DNA of 64,000 nucleotides from Geosiphon pyriformis uo1. Its lineage: Eukaryota; Fungi; Glomeromycota. Of this stretch, positions 26,901-38,171 are shown piece after piece. How positions within the stretch are numbered: position 1 is the first letter of the stretch; each line of letters opens with the position of its first letter. A program made the translations under genes and the position numbers. Location of the stretch: NCBI GenBank assembly GCA_016748015.1, contig JAAOMT010000494.1, forward strand, positions 62,001 to 126,000, in the 5' to 3' direction. The notes beneath the pieces are model-generated. The model was not told where the DNA came from. It made no database searches and saw only the letters and a program-made list of their open reading frames with translations.

Positions 26901-28306
26901 GGGGATCAAACAGTGATCGCACAGTTTGATATTCAAATTGACCAACTTTTGCTCCTATTCTTTGTGAGTTGGGGCCAATTCCTGATATCGGTTCTGAAAT
27001 GCATCTGGGTTATCTGTAAAGAAATCATCCTCAGGGTAGTTGGGTCCATTATATTTAGGCGTCTAAGGGTTGTCCTTGATTTCTTGTATTTCTTCGGGTG
27101 TGGCACCTTTGGCCTTGGTGCTTGCCATTCTCCAGATTTTGTGGTCATCATGTGGATAGCTGTTCAGCCTGTTGAGTGCTCATTTCCAAGCATCCTCGAT
27201 GGGAGTTCCCTTTTGTACCCAATCGTTGATTAATATGATGTATTGACAAGCCTCGTCACATGTTCTTCCTTTGCCAGGCACATCATTCCAGAGTCTTTTA
27301 TCTGGCAGAATTTCGCCACATGTGAAGCACGGCGTGTTGTTCCACTTGTCTTGTCATTTTGGTCATCCAAATCTTTCCAGTAAACAAGATCTGTAATAGT
27401 ATTTGGTGGTGGTGGGTCATTTTTCATTGTTCCTAATACATGTGCCCATAGTGGATAGTTTTTTTTCACAATCGACACATATTAGTCTTGGAGATTGGTA
27501 AAATAAGTTTCTTTGGTCTGAGGTTACATATCCTAGTGATGACGATTGGGGTTCTTCTTCAGCTTTGTCTTTTCCTTTTTCTTCTCAGGTTGATGGTGAG
27601 GGTAGTTCAGTTTGATAATCATCCATCCATGAAACCTGATAAGTCTCAATGGTTGGTGGCATTGATGTGTCTTCGAATTCAATAAGGGGTTCCTTGGTAC
27701 ATTGGGTTTTAAAGTGTCCACATGTAGCTGGGACTTGGGCATGCTGTCCGTTAAATATGAGTTGAAGTTCTTAGGTGTTCTAGTCGAGAGTAGCATTGGC
27801 TTTTGACAACCAGTTGTTTCCTACTAAAGCTTGATATTGAGTAGCTTCTATGATGAGTACTTTGGTAGAGATTTGGATTCCATTAATCTTAAAGGAGAAG
27901 TTATTAATTTTTCCTATCAGAATTTTTGTGTTTCCATCTGCTGTAATGATCCAGGCAGTAGCAGCATGGTCTATTCGGCAACCTAGTTGGTCCATGAGCT
28001 GCTTTGTGATTATGCTACCAGCTGATCCGCTATTCAAAATTAATTTAATGTCTATTTCTCTGACTCTGGCATTGATGTATAGGGCCGTTATTGGTTTATC
28101 CTAATTAATGGCTGCTCCACTAAAAAAACTATGGGTGTTCAAATTATTGATGTCAAAAGAAAATATGGTGGCTAGGGTGGTGTTTTTGGTAATAGTGACT
28201 GGTGGAATATTGCTTTTTGTTTGCTTGGAAGGTTGGGAGATTCATTCTATATCTCCTCCTTCCACAAATGTAGATTTATTAAAACTCTGGTTTTCCATAA
28301 GACCGA

Positions 28307-29288
28307 TGTTACTGGAGGTTTTTGGTCTCTTTTCTGTAATGTTGTTGATACTTATTTGCTGTGAATTCACGTTTTCTGGATGTAGTTGAACCTCCAGTAA
28401 CTGAATTTATCTTCAAATTATCTCCTATAATTTGAACTTGCTGGGCTTATGAGTGGAATAGCCAATTCCGTGCCAGTTGCTTTATGTAGTTACGTTGTAG
28501 TAAACATCAACTCTTTCCCAGGAATTGCTCATCTGGAAGCTCACTAAAAATGTGTAGTTACTTTGCTGTAAAAGTCAACTCTTCTACAGGGATCTTGTTT
28601 GTAGGCTACCCTAATGATTGTAATAAGAAAAAAAATAAAAATAAAAGAAGTGTAAAAGAAATAGGATCTTATTAAGGGAAACGTTTTCTATCCAGGCCTG
28701 GAGTCACTAACAGTTTACTGAAATTGGTAGCTAATCAATTTCGAAATATTAGTTGGGCTTTGGGGATTTTCCAAGTACAATAATTTAAAGAATTTGGTTT
28801 TTCGAATTATTTGATATTTATTTCTTTTTGTGTGTATAGAAATGGTTTGTAAGAGATAAATCTAAAGTAAGATACATTTTCTCAAAGAGAGAAGCTCTTC
28901 TTTTATACAACTTGTCGTAACACTATTCTATGAACTTGAACTTTGCTATTTTCTACAATTTCGCTGAACTAAAGATACATTTTGGCAAACTATAAGTTAT
29001 TTCGGCAAATTATTAGATATTTCGGTAAACTATCAATTATTTCGGCAAATTTCTACAAATTTCGGCAAACTTTTTGAATGTTACATAGTTCGGGGTATTG
29101 CATGATTGATCATCGCAATTAGGTTACATTGGTGTTGTGTACAATTTGGGTTATTAATTAAATGATAATTTCGGATATTTTTACTAATATAATAAGTGAT
29201 CATTTAAAACGATAATATATGCTAATTAATGATAGGAATTATAAGATAATTTCATGCTAAATAATATCTCTAATTTTGTCTGATAACA
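28307..29288 (-). repeat. 3' LTR of D
   Basis: TG...CA ends, near-identical to 37190-38171. Confidence 0.97.
28960..29070 (-). repeat. U3 array of TTCGGCAAAC-like 10-mers at a 20-bp period
   Basis: Copies at 28981, 29001, 29021, 29041 and 29061, plus a degenerate one at 28960; repeated in the other LTR. Confidence 0.9.
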
Positions 29289-29976
29289 TAACCTCCTCTT
29301 CAAGACTGAGCTCCATCGAAGTCCAAGTACTGTCTGTTTTTTCCAGATAATAATCCAAAATTATTGAAGAAATTTGGTCTGAAAATTGTTGAAATTTCAG
29401 TTCTGTGAGCTTTCCAATGTATTGAATCTTCAAAGGTTGAAAAATCGGGTTTTGTAGTACATTTTCACAGGTGTGAAATAGGTCATAAAGTCTAAGAGCG
29501 GCTCTAAGCCTGTAGCGACTGTTTGTTGATCCAGCTGTTGTCTTGAATTCATTGTGAAGTTGTTTCTGAATAGCTTCTTTTGTGAGGTTTGCTGTTGTAA
29601 GTTCCAGTTTCCGTTCGTAGAGTGTTTTTCCAATGTGAAAATATCTATAGATTGGAGGATATTCAGTGTTTTCCTCATTGAGACACAGTTGAAGTTTTTG
29701 TTGAATTGTAGCATTTGGTGGAATACTAATCGGAGTGAGCATTAGGTTTTCTCTTAAAGCAAGCTTTAAAAGTTCTGGCAGGTGAATTCCAGTATAACTT
29801 TTTGTGTTCTTTTTATATGGGTGATATTTTCGTGAGTTTGGGGCTAAATTTGTAACTACTTCTGTTTGGGTATAATTAATGTGGTTTCCAGTAACAGTAA
29901 TAGATAATTCGGGTATTGTTTTTAAAGCTAACATTAGTTTTTGGGATAATTGTTAAATGTTTTGAGAAATAGTCAT
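29257..29976 (-). CDS. ORF3 of D, accessory protein of unknown function (225 aa open; ~239 aa from ATG 29976 if one TAA was CAA)
   Basis: Open frame between integrase and LTR that runs through the PPT into U3; homologous to ORF3 of A, B and E. Confidence 0.85.
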
Positions 29977-30091
29977 TATAAGCAATTGAAAAAATAAAAA
30001 TTATTTTTGGTGTATGGGTTTTTATGTTATTTTTGTTTTTGTTTTTGTGAAATTGTTTCTAAATTATAAGAGAATGACTAGTAAAATTAAA

Positions 30092-31477
30092 TTAAGTGTT
30101 CAGGTTGGAAGGTTGTTCAATAACAACTATTGGTTCTAAGTTTCGGGGAATATCTTTGGGACTGACCAAAGGAGAATGTGTACTAATTTGTGGAATTAAT
30201 GGTTCAGGATTGTTTCTAGAATGATAGTGTTTCAAACGATCTCCATGTGCAACTTTTGCTAGGATTTTGTCATCAAGTCTTAGCTTATATGATCCATTGC
30301 CTAGGACTTCATGGATAAAGAATGGTCCATCCCATTTATTTTCAAATTTTCCACTCCATTGTTTTTCAGCTTTAGTTCTGTGTAAGAGAACTTTGTTTCC
30401 AATTTTGAATTTATTGGTGACTAAAGGCAATTTGTCATCATGCCGTTTTTTTTGTTGAGCTTGGGAGTGTTCAATATGGGTGGCTGCTATTTATCGTTTT
30501 CCTTCCAATGTACTAAGCAAAGTATAGGCTCTTCGCTGAAGCATTTCTTGGAAATTGTTTTCATCAATCAGTTGTGCTGGGTATGTTTCCACTGTGAAAC
30601 TAATTGGTAACGTTGCCGTCCTTCCATAAGTTAAATCAAATGGTGTGTGTTTCGTGGTATCTTGTTTTAATGTCCTATATGCTAGTAACACTGATGGAAT
30701 AAAGAGATCCTATTCTTGCTTAAAATCAGTTGAGACTTTGGCTAATGACTTACACAATGTTCTGTTAAAACATTCCACAAGTCCGTTTGTTTGTGAATGG
30801 TAGGGTGAAGACAGAGATCTTTTGACATTGAATTGTTCACAAATTTCTTGTATCAGGTTGTTCACAAAGTGTGTTCCCTGATCGGATAAAAGTTCAATTG
30901 GACATCCATGTCTACAAATGATGTCTTCGTAGATAAAATTTGCTACTGATTTTGCATCTGCTTGTTGAATGGCTCTGGCTTCAGGCCATTTAGTAAGATA
31001 GTCTACAGTTACTGCAATATAACGGTTTCCTTGAGTGGTGATAGATAGTGGTCTGACTAAATCGATACCAACTCTGTCAAAAAACTGTCCAACTTTGATT
31101 GAATTTAAAGGTTCTGTAAGGCGAGTTCCTCCTCTTTTTTGACAACTATTACAAGATTCAACATATTCGTGAATGTCTTTTCTCATTCGAGGCCAAAAGT
31201 AGTATTCTAGTGTTCTTTGGGAGGTGCTATCTTTTCCAAAGTGTGCTGATGAAGGATCCGAGTGCATGTTGTATAAAATGGTCTCTTTTTCCTGTTCTTG
31301 TATTAATCTGAGTGGTTTGATTGGATTTTTGAAATTTTGATGATAGATAATATTGTTGTGTAGAAAATATTGTTTGGCTTGTTGTTGTAACTAATGTTTT
31401 TCATCTGGGGACCAATCTGTTGGGATTGTTAATGTCTCTAAATATTGTTTGAGATTGTTGTAGTTTTTGGGGTTCAT
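30092..31477 (-). pseudogene. Integrase of D (separate ORF, a few premature stops)
   Basis: MNPKNYNNLKQYL start; H-x6-H...CNSC zinc site; GIDLV, SDQG, GLVE; WDGPF; no chromodomain seen. Confidence 0.92.
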
Positions 31478-31525
31478 TGTTTGTTGTTTTGATGCTGTTA
31501 ATTTAATTGGATGTTGGTTTTGTTT

Positions 31526-34500
31526 CTAATCTTGCCTCATCTTTGAGAGACAATCAACATTGGTGTGGAGTTTTCTTGGTTTGTGGTGTACGATGTATTG
31601 GTAATTAGCTAAAAATCCTGTCCATCGGGTTTGTTTTGCATTCAGCTGGGTGTTTTTGTTTTGAAGCCATTTAAGTCCAATATTATCAGTGATAATATCG
31701 AATTCTTTGGGTCTGAGGTAAAGGTTGAAGTAATGTAAGGCCCAGATTACTGCTGCGGTTTCTAATTCTGTTGTGCGGTAGTTCTTTTCGGCTGGCTTTA
31801 ATGTTCTACTAGTATAAGCAATTACTCACTCATTTCCATTGTCATCTAACTGTGATAGGATGGCACCAAAAGCAGTATAAGAAGCGTCAGTTGCTAACTG
31901 GAATCAGTTGCTGAAGTCTGGGTAGGCGAGGATTGGGGCTGTTGTGAGTTTTTTCTTGAGTATCTCGAAGGCATTTTGGTGTTCTTTTGTCTATTTGTAT
32001 TCGACATTTTTCATAATGAGCTGGTTGAGGGGTTTTGCAATTTCTGAGAATTCTTTGATGAATTTTCGGTAATAGGATGCTAATCCAATAAATTCTCTTA
32101 ATTCTGTGGTATTTCGTGGAGTCTTGAAGTTTTTGACAGTACTGATTTTTCCGGGGTCTGGTTTAATTCCATCTTTGCTAACAATGTAACCAAGAAAAGC
32201 TAAACTTGTTTTTCTGAAGTAGCATTTTTCAATGTTCAGTTTCAATCCTGCTTTCCATAATCGTTGAAAAACTTCTCGCAGGTGAATTAAATGTAGCTCG
32301 AAAGATGGTGAATAAACATCAGTGTCATCAAGATAAACTACTACTGATTTCCAAAAGAGGCCTTTGTAAACAACATCCATGAGTCTTTGGAATGTTGCTG
32401 GTACATTGCATAATCTGAAAGGCATTACATTGAACTCGTAATTTCCTCCTTGAGTAGTGAATGCTGTTTTGGGGCGGTCTTTGGGATCCATAGCAACTTG
32501 CCAGTATCCACTCTCTAAATCTAATGTTGAAAAGTATTTGGACTTTCCAAGGGCATCCAACATGTCATCAATTTGGGGAAGAGGATAGGCATCCCCAATG
32601 ATGACACTGTTGAGTTGTCGGTAATCAACACAAAATTGTATCTTTCCATTTTTCTTTTTAACTAGAACCACAGATGAGACCCATGGGCTCATTGATGGTT
32701 GAATAAGCCCATTGTTAAGCATCCGTTGTACTTTTTCTCGGATAAATTGGTGACTTTCTGGAGCAACTCGGTAGGCTTGTTGTCGCCTGGGTTTGGCATC
32801 TCCTGTATAGATTTGGTGTTGAACCAAATCAGTTCTTCCTAAGTCATTGTTGTTTTCAGCGAAGATATTAGCAAATTCTGCAATTAGTTCTTTGAGCTGG
32901 GTCTGTTGTTGTAGTTCAAGTTGTCCCATGTTGATTCAAGATAGTTTTTCCATGACAACATAGTAGTTTTCAGAGCTAGGGTTTGGGTTGATTTTTAGTA
33001 GTGAATGTCCAATAATTTCAGAGAAATCAGGGACTGTTTGGGGTAATTCTTGTTGAAATATATTACTGTGAATAACTCCAATTTCTAAATTATTTAATAA
33101 AATTATGAAGTAATTATTGGGGTTGTAAAAAGTAACTCAGACTTTCTTTGTTTCTTCTGGAATATAAATGTTTGGGATCAAAATATTATGTTCCAAGCAG
33201 ACTTGTTCATTGGACTCAAAAATTTGTTGTGTGGTTGTTGGCTTTGTGCAAGTGTAAATTTCTGGATGTTCTCCAAAGGGTGAGATGGTAATCGGTTGTG
33301 GAAGTCTGAGAATCTGGTGGGATTCATTCTGTGTGTTAAGAGCTATATTAACTGGAACTGTGAATCGTCCAGTTGAACCAAAACCTTGGGTTCCTCTATT
33401 GCTTTTTCCTAATTGTTCTCTTTGATTGACTAGTTGCAAACCCGAAATGTTAATTAAGAGTAGGTAAATAGCTTGGGCAATTTTTTCAGCATGTTCGATC
33501 TTGAATGGTTTGTCAGTCTCATTTTAAAGCATCACTGTTATGTCTCCAGTATATCCAGCATCGATTATTCCTCCTTTGACATTGATTCCTTTGCTTGCCA
33601 GAGAGGACCGAGAGACAATTTGAACCATTGCTTTTGGTGGGATTTCAAGTACAATTTTGAGGTTGATTTTTGTGAGAGATTTGGGTTTGAGAACAAGAGT
33701 ATCCTTGCCTGGATATCTTAGGTCATATCCAAAATCAATTTCATGTGCTTTTTCAGGTTTTATTCCTTGTCCATTGTTGTTGAAGTATTTAAGTTGTAAG
33801 ACAGGCTGATTTTCGATAAGGTAGATGGGTGTTGTTTCAATTTCTTCCATTTCTTCAGGTTCTCCAAATTCAATTTCATTCTCATCATTTTTACTGGGCA
33901 AGAGGATACTAAGAGCATAGCATTCGGGACACCATTGTTCATCGCAAGGCATAATGCATTCTTCACATAGCCTAATGTTCATTTGCTCTAATCGTTGAAT
34001 TTGAGCTTCTTGGGTCGGGTAGGTGTGACTTGCAATTTGGTGATAGACTTCTACTTTATCTTCGTAATCAAATCCAGCTAATTTCATAGTGTATTCAATG
34101 TATTCTGCTTCCTTCATTTGACAAACATCTTCTTTGGTAGCTCCATTAATTAATGCCATTGCTAAGTCAAAAATCATTTTGGCATCATGAGGGTAGTGAT
34201 AAAGTTTGTTGAGAGCACTGTTGTATGCTGCATTAAAGGGTGTTCCTCTTTTTACTTTTTCTGAAATTGATAAGGCATATTGGCAGGTCTGATTGCAGAC
34301 GCCTCCTCTCATTGCTACATCAATCCAATTGTATTCTTCTGATAGCATATCTCCACAAGTCAAACAAGAAGTGTTGTCCCATTTTCCGCTCCTTTTTATT
34401 AGATGGCCCCATCGCTCTCTGTGGCAAGCCTTGCAGTAATAACAAGTATGATTTTCATATTCTTTTTCAGGTGAAATGCAGGCTCCCATTGACAATAGTT

Positions 34501-37144
34501 TCTTGTGGCAGTCCTTACATTTAAGGAGAATATAGGGGTGTTGTTTTCTTGGTTTGGGTTTTAAGTAAGGTATATTCTATCCAGAGGTTTCGGGTTTAAT
34601 GTGTGGAGTAAAATGTTCTTGTTCTGTTTCATCAGCCCAGTTGGACGTTGATCCAAGAGCCATGAATGTTTTGATTATTGGTTTTTCTTCTTTTGGTTCA
34701 AATTCAAAAGCCGGGGCTTTTTCAGAGCGTTTGTTGAATGTACCACAAATGACAGGTACCCGGGCATGTTGTACTTGGTAGGAGATTGTTAACTCTTGTG
34801 TTTCCCAATTCAGATTAGCATTGGCTTTTTGAAGCCAATCATTTCCGACGAGAGCTTGGTACTGGGATGCGTCCATTACAAGAACTTTGACTGGAATGGT
34901 GATTCCATCAAGAGTGAATAGAAAATTGTCAATTTCTCCCATTGGTGTCTTTTTCATGCCATCAGCAGTAATGATTACTGTTTGAGCTGGTCGGTCGACA
35001 TTTCTTTTCAACTGTTGCATTAACTGGTAGGTAATAATGCTTCTGGCAGATCCACTGTCTAGGATCAAGCGAATTGGCTTTCCTTCTACTTCAGCTTCTG
35101 TGTACATTGCAGTGATGGCTTTTTGCTCATTAGCCACTGTATTGCTAAGCAAGAATGGTGATTCATTTGCTTCAAATTCAAAAGAAAAGATATCAAAGAG
35201 ATTGGCGTTTTCAGCAATTCGGACTGGTGGAATAGTGGTGTGGTTATGAAAAGGGTTTCGTTGTTGTTGTGCTGCAGCTCTACCTTCCAAGAGTACAGTA
35301 TGGTGAAAATCCTGTTCTTCCGGCATTGTTAAATAACTGGGTTGAGTGTGGTAATGGTTGGGTCTTGATTGAGTGGTATTTCGGGGAACTAATTGGTTGT
35401 TCAAACTGATTCTACTGTTGTTTACTTGGTATCAGTTTTGTGGTGTGAATTGATTTTGTGTAATCAGTTTTTGAGCAGGTACTTGATAATGTTGTGTGGG
35501 TGGTTGTTGGTATTGCTGTTGGATTGGTTGTGGGGCAGGCTGATAATAGTTATTTTGGTATTGGGGTCTTGGTGGATAGTAAGCTGGTGGTAATGGTTGA
35601 TAATAAGATTGCTGTGGTAGAGAGTAACGTTGATTACCCCTATTTTGTTGGTCTCATTGCAGCTTTTTGCAATCTCTTTTCCAGTGGCCAGAGATTCCAC
35701 AGTAATGGCAATTTTGGGGCTGGTTATTGGAAAGTGGTGCAAAGTTATTTTGATTTCGTCTTTGGGGTGGTTGATATCTTTGGGGTTGTTGTTGCTGGTT
35801 GGTAAAATAGTTTTCAACCTTTTTTGTGAGTTGGTCAATTTTTTCCTCAGCTGCTGAGCTGGTTTCTCCAATTGCCAAATTTACAAGTTTTGTACAATTG
35901 GCTTCTTTTATGGCCATTTCGTATCTTTTCGCATACTGTATTGCAGAGTTTAAATCTTCTGGCACATGTGGGCAAACCTTTTTAATTAGTTTATCTTTTA
36001 GACCAGTGATAAATTGATCTAAGATTTGAGCATCGGAATAATAATCGTTTGTCTCAAGTTGGCAAATCCGTCTGAGAAGTTTGTTGAATTTCCCAATATA
36101 AGTCATAACAGATTTGGAGGGTTCTTGTTTGATATTTCGAAAACGATTGCGAAAAGTAATAGAGGTATTATTGTCGGTGAACTGTTCAAGGAAGGCTGCT
36201 TTGAAAGCATTCCAATTATTGAATGGGGTGGCAAGGTTTTCAAACCATTCTCCTGCTGTTCCTTTGAGAAAGTAGGGAATTGTTCTTAACATTCTGGCAG
36301 CATTCCATCCATTTGCATCTCCAGCTTTAGTAACTTGGTCAAGCCATTCTTGGGGACTGGTCTCAATATCTTCTCCATTGAATTCAGGAATTTTTGCAAT
36401 GTATGTTGTCATTTCATTTTCTTCATTTTCACTGTCTATTGATTCTTCTTCGGTTATTTCAGAGTTGTTTTCTTCGTTTGCTGCTGTCTCAGAGTGTTCA
36501 CTTTGATTTTCAGCTAGAAAATCAAGGAGATTGGAACTAGTTTGAAGGAGTTCTTGTTGTTTGGTGGAACTTTTGAGTGATGTAAAATCTTCTGGTCTTG
36601 CAAATTGATTTAAGAGTGAATTAGGTGTTTGTGCTTGTGTAAGTGAAGCTGGAAAAGATGTGATAGTAAGTGGAAGTTTTGAACTGGTTCTTTGTTCAGG
36701 TGTTTGTAAATGTTTGGCAGTTGTTTTCGGTAGTGTTGGAGTATTTGGGGTGGTTCTTGAATATTGCTTTAATTTGTTTTTGTCTTTGTTGCTTGTTTCT
36801 GTTTCCAATTCAAAATCAATGGTGTATTGAGACTGCACTGGATATGTTTCTTCACAGTATTTGATAATGTTAAAATTAAGTTTGTGAAAGTAAGTGGCAA
36901 GTGTTTCACTATTAAGGTCTTCAATTCCCAACTGTGAATAGTGTACTAAATTATTGTAAAGGTTGTTTCTAATTTCTGAAATATTATAATTTTTAAAAAG
37001 ATAATTGTTGATGTGGTTTTCAATGTATTGGTATACTGATTTCTTGACAACTTCAATTCCGTCTGGAATGTTAAATCTTTGCTTGCAGTGGGTGTAAATT
37101 GATTGGTAATACTCTAGAGTTGTTGCGTCTGGTGTGGTCGCCAC
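31526..37144 (-). pseudogene. Single-frame Gag-PR-Cys-rich-dUTPase-RT-RNase H polyprotein of D (~1,870 codons)
   Basis: ORF-track pieces starting at 37144, 35404, 34495, 33439 and 32929 share one frame and are separated by stops explicable as CGA/CAA/TGG transitions. Motifs CHYCGISGHWKRDC, ILDSG, GYDL/SRSSL/GIIDAGYTG/KIAQ/RGTQGFGSTG, YLDD, ATDAS. Confidence 0.93.
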
Positions 37145-37189
37145 TTTGAATTTGTTTTTGCTGTGTTATTTCCATAGGAGAGCACCAAA

Positions 37190-38171
37190 TGTTACCGGAG
37201 GTTTTTGGTCTCTTTTCTGTAATGTTGTTGATACTTATTTGCTGTGAATTCACGTTTTCTGGATGTAGTTGAACCTCCAGTAACTGAATTTATCTTCAAA
37301 TTATCTCCTATAATTTGAACTTGCTAGGCTTATGAGTGGAATAGCCAATTCCGTGCCAGTTGCTTTATGTAGTTACGTTGTAGTAAACGTCAACTCTTTC
37401 CCAGGAATTGCTCATCTGGAAGCTCACTAAAAATGTGTAGTTACTTTGCTGTAAAAGTCAACTCTTCTACAGGGATCTTGTTTGTAGGCTACCCTAATGA
37501 TTGTAATAAGAAAAAAAATAAAAATAAAAGAAGTGTAAAAGAAATAGGATCTTATTAAGGGAAACGTTTTCTATCCAGGCCTGGAGTCACTAACAGTTTA
37601 CTGAAATTGGTAGCTAATCAATTTCGAAATATTAGTTGGGCTTTGGGGATTTTCCAAGTACAATAATTTAAAGAATTTGGTTTTTCGAATTATTTGATAT
37701 TTATTTCTTTTTGTGTGTATAGAAATGGTTTGTAAGAGATAAATCTAAAGTAAGATACATTTTCTCAAAGAGAGAAGCTCTTCTTTTATACAACTTGTCG
37801 TAACACTATTCTATGAACTTGAACTTTGCTATTTTCTACAATTTCGCTGAACTAAAGATACATTTTGGCAAACTATAAGTTATTTCGGCGAACTATTAGA
37901 TATTTCGGTAAACTATCAATTATTTCAGCAAATTTCTACAAATTTCGGCAAACTTTTTGAATGTTACATAGTTCGGGATATTGCATGATTGATCATCGCA
38001 ATTAGGTTACATTGGTGTTGTGTACAATTTGGGTTATTAATTAAATGATAATTTCGGACATTTTTACTAATATAATAAGTGATTATTTAAAATGATAATA
38101 TATGCTAATTAATGATAGGAATTATAAGATAATTTCATGCTAAATAATATCTCTAATTTTGTCTGGTAACA
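37190..38171 (-). repeat. 5' LTR of D
   Basis: Adjacent PBS; TATAAAAG on the sense strand near 37790. Confidence 0.97.

Larger units (their letters stand above)
28307..38171 (-). mobile_element. Full-length, youngest Ty3/gypsy-type element D (9,865 bp), inserted in the gag region of C
   Basis: 982-bp LTRs with 11 differences by eye, all transitions; TSD CCGA (28303-28306 and 38172-38175); PBS TGGTGCTCTCCTATGG 37172-37187; PPT GAAGAGGAGG 29292-29301. Confidence 0.98.

Noticed and set aside
28960-29070. CRISPR-like repeat-spacer pattern
   Set aside because: 10-bp units, no cas genes, and located inside a eukaryotic LTR.
29257-29976. ORF3 as an env gene
   Set aside because: Short, with no signal peptide, transmembrane helix or obvious cleavage site.
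30092-30250. Chromodomain at the integrase C-terminus
   Set aside because: Only a GPY/F motif and a Pro-rich tail ending PIVVIE are present.
35393-36864. Plus-strand ORFs opposite gag, and similar short antisense ORFs elsewhere
   Set aside because: Shadows of codon-biased TE or CysRS frames with no motifs and no conservation between copies.
31526-37144. Programmed readthrough or an alternative genetic code for internal stops
   Set aside because: Stops vary between copies and derive from CGA, CAA, CAG or TGG by transitions. Only the stop after RNase H is positionally conserved.
37367-37499. Hammerhead, twister or hairpin ribozyme call
   Set aside because: Core consensus such as CUGANGA/GAAA is not present on either strand by eye.
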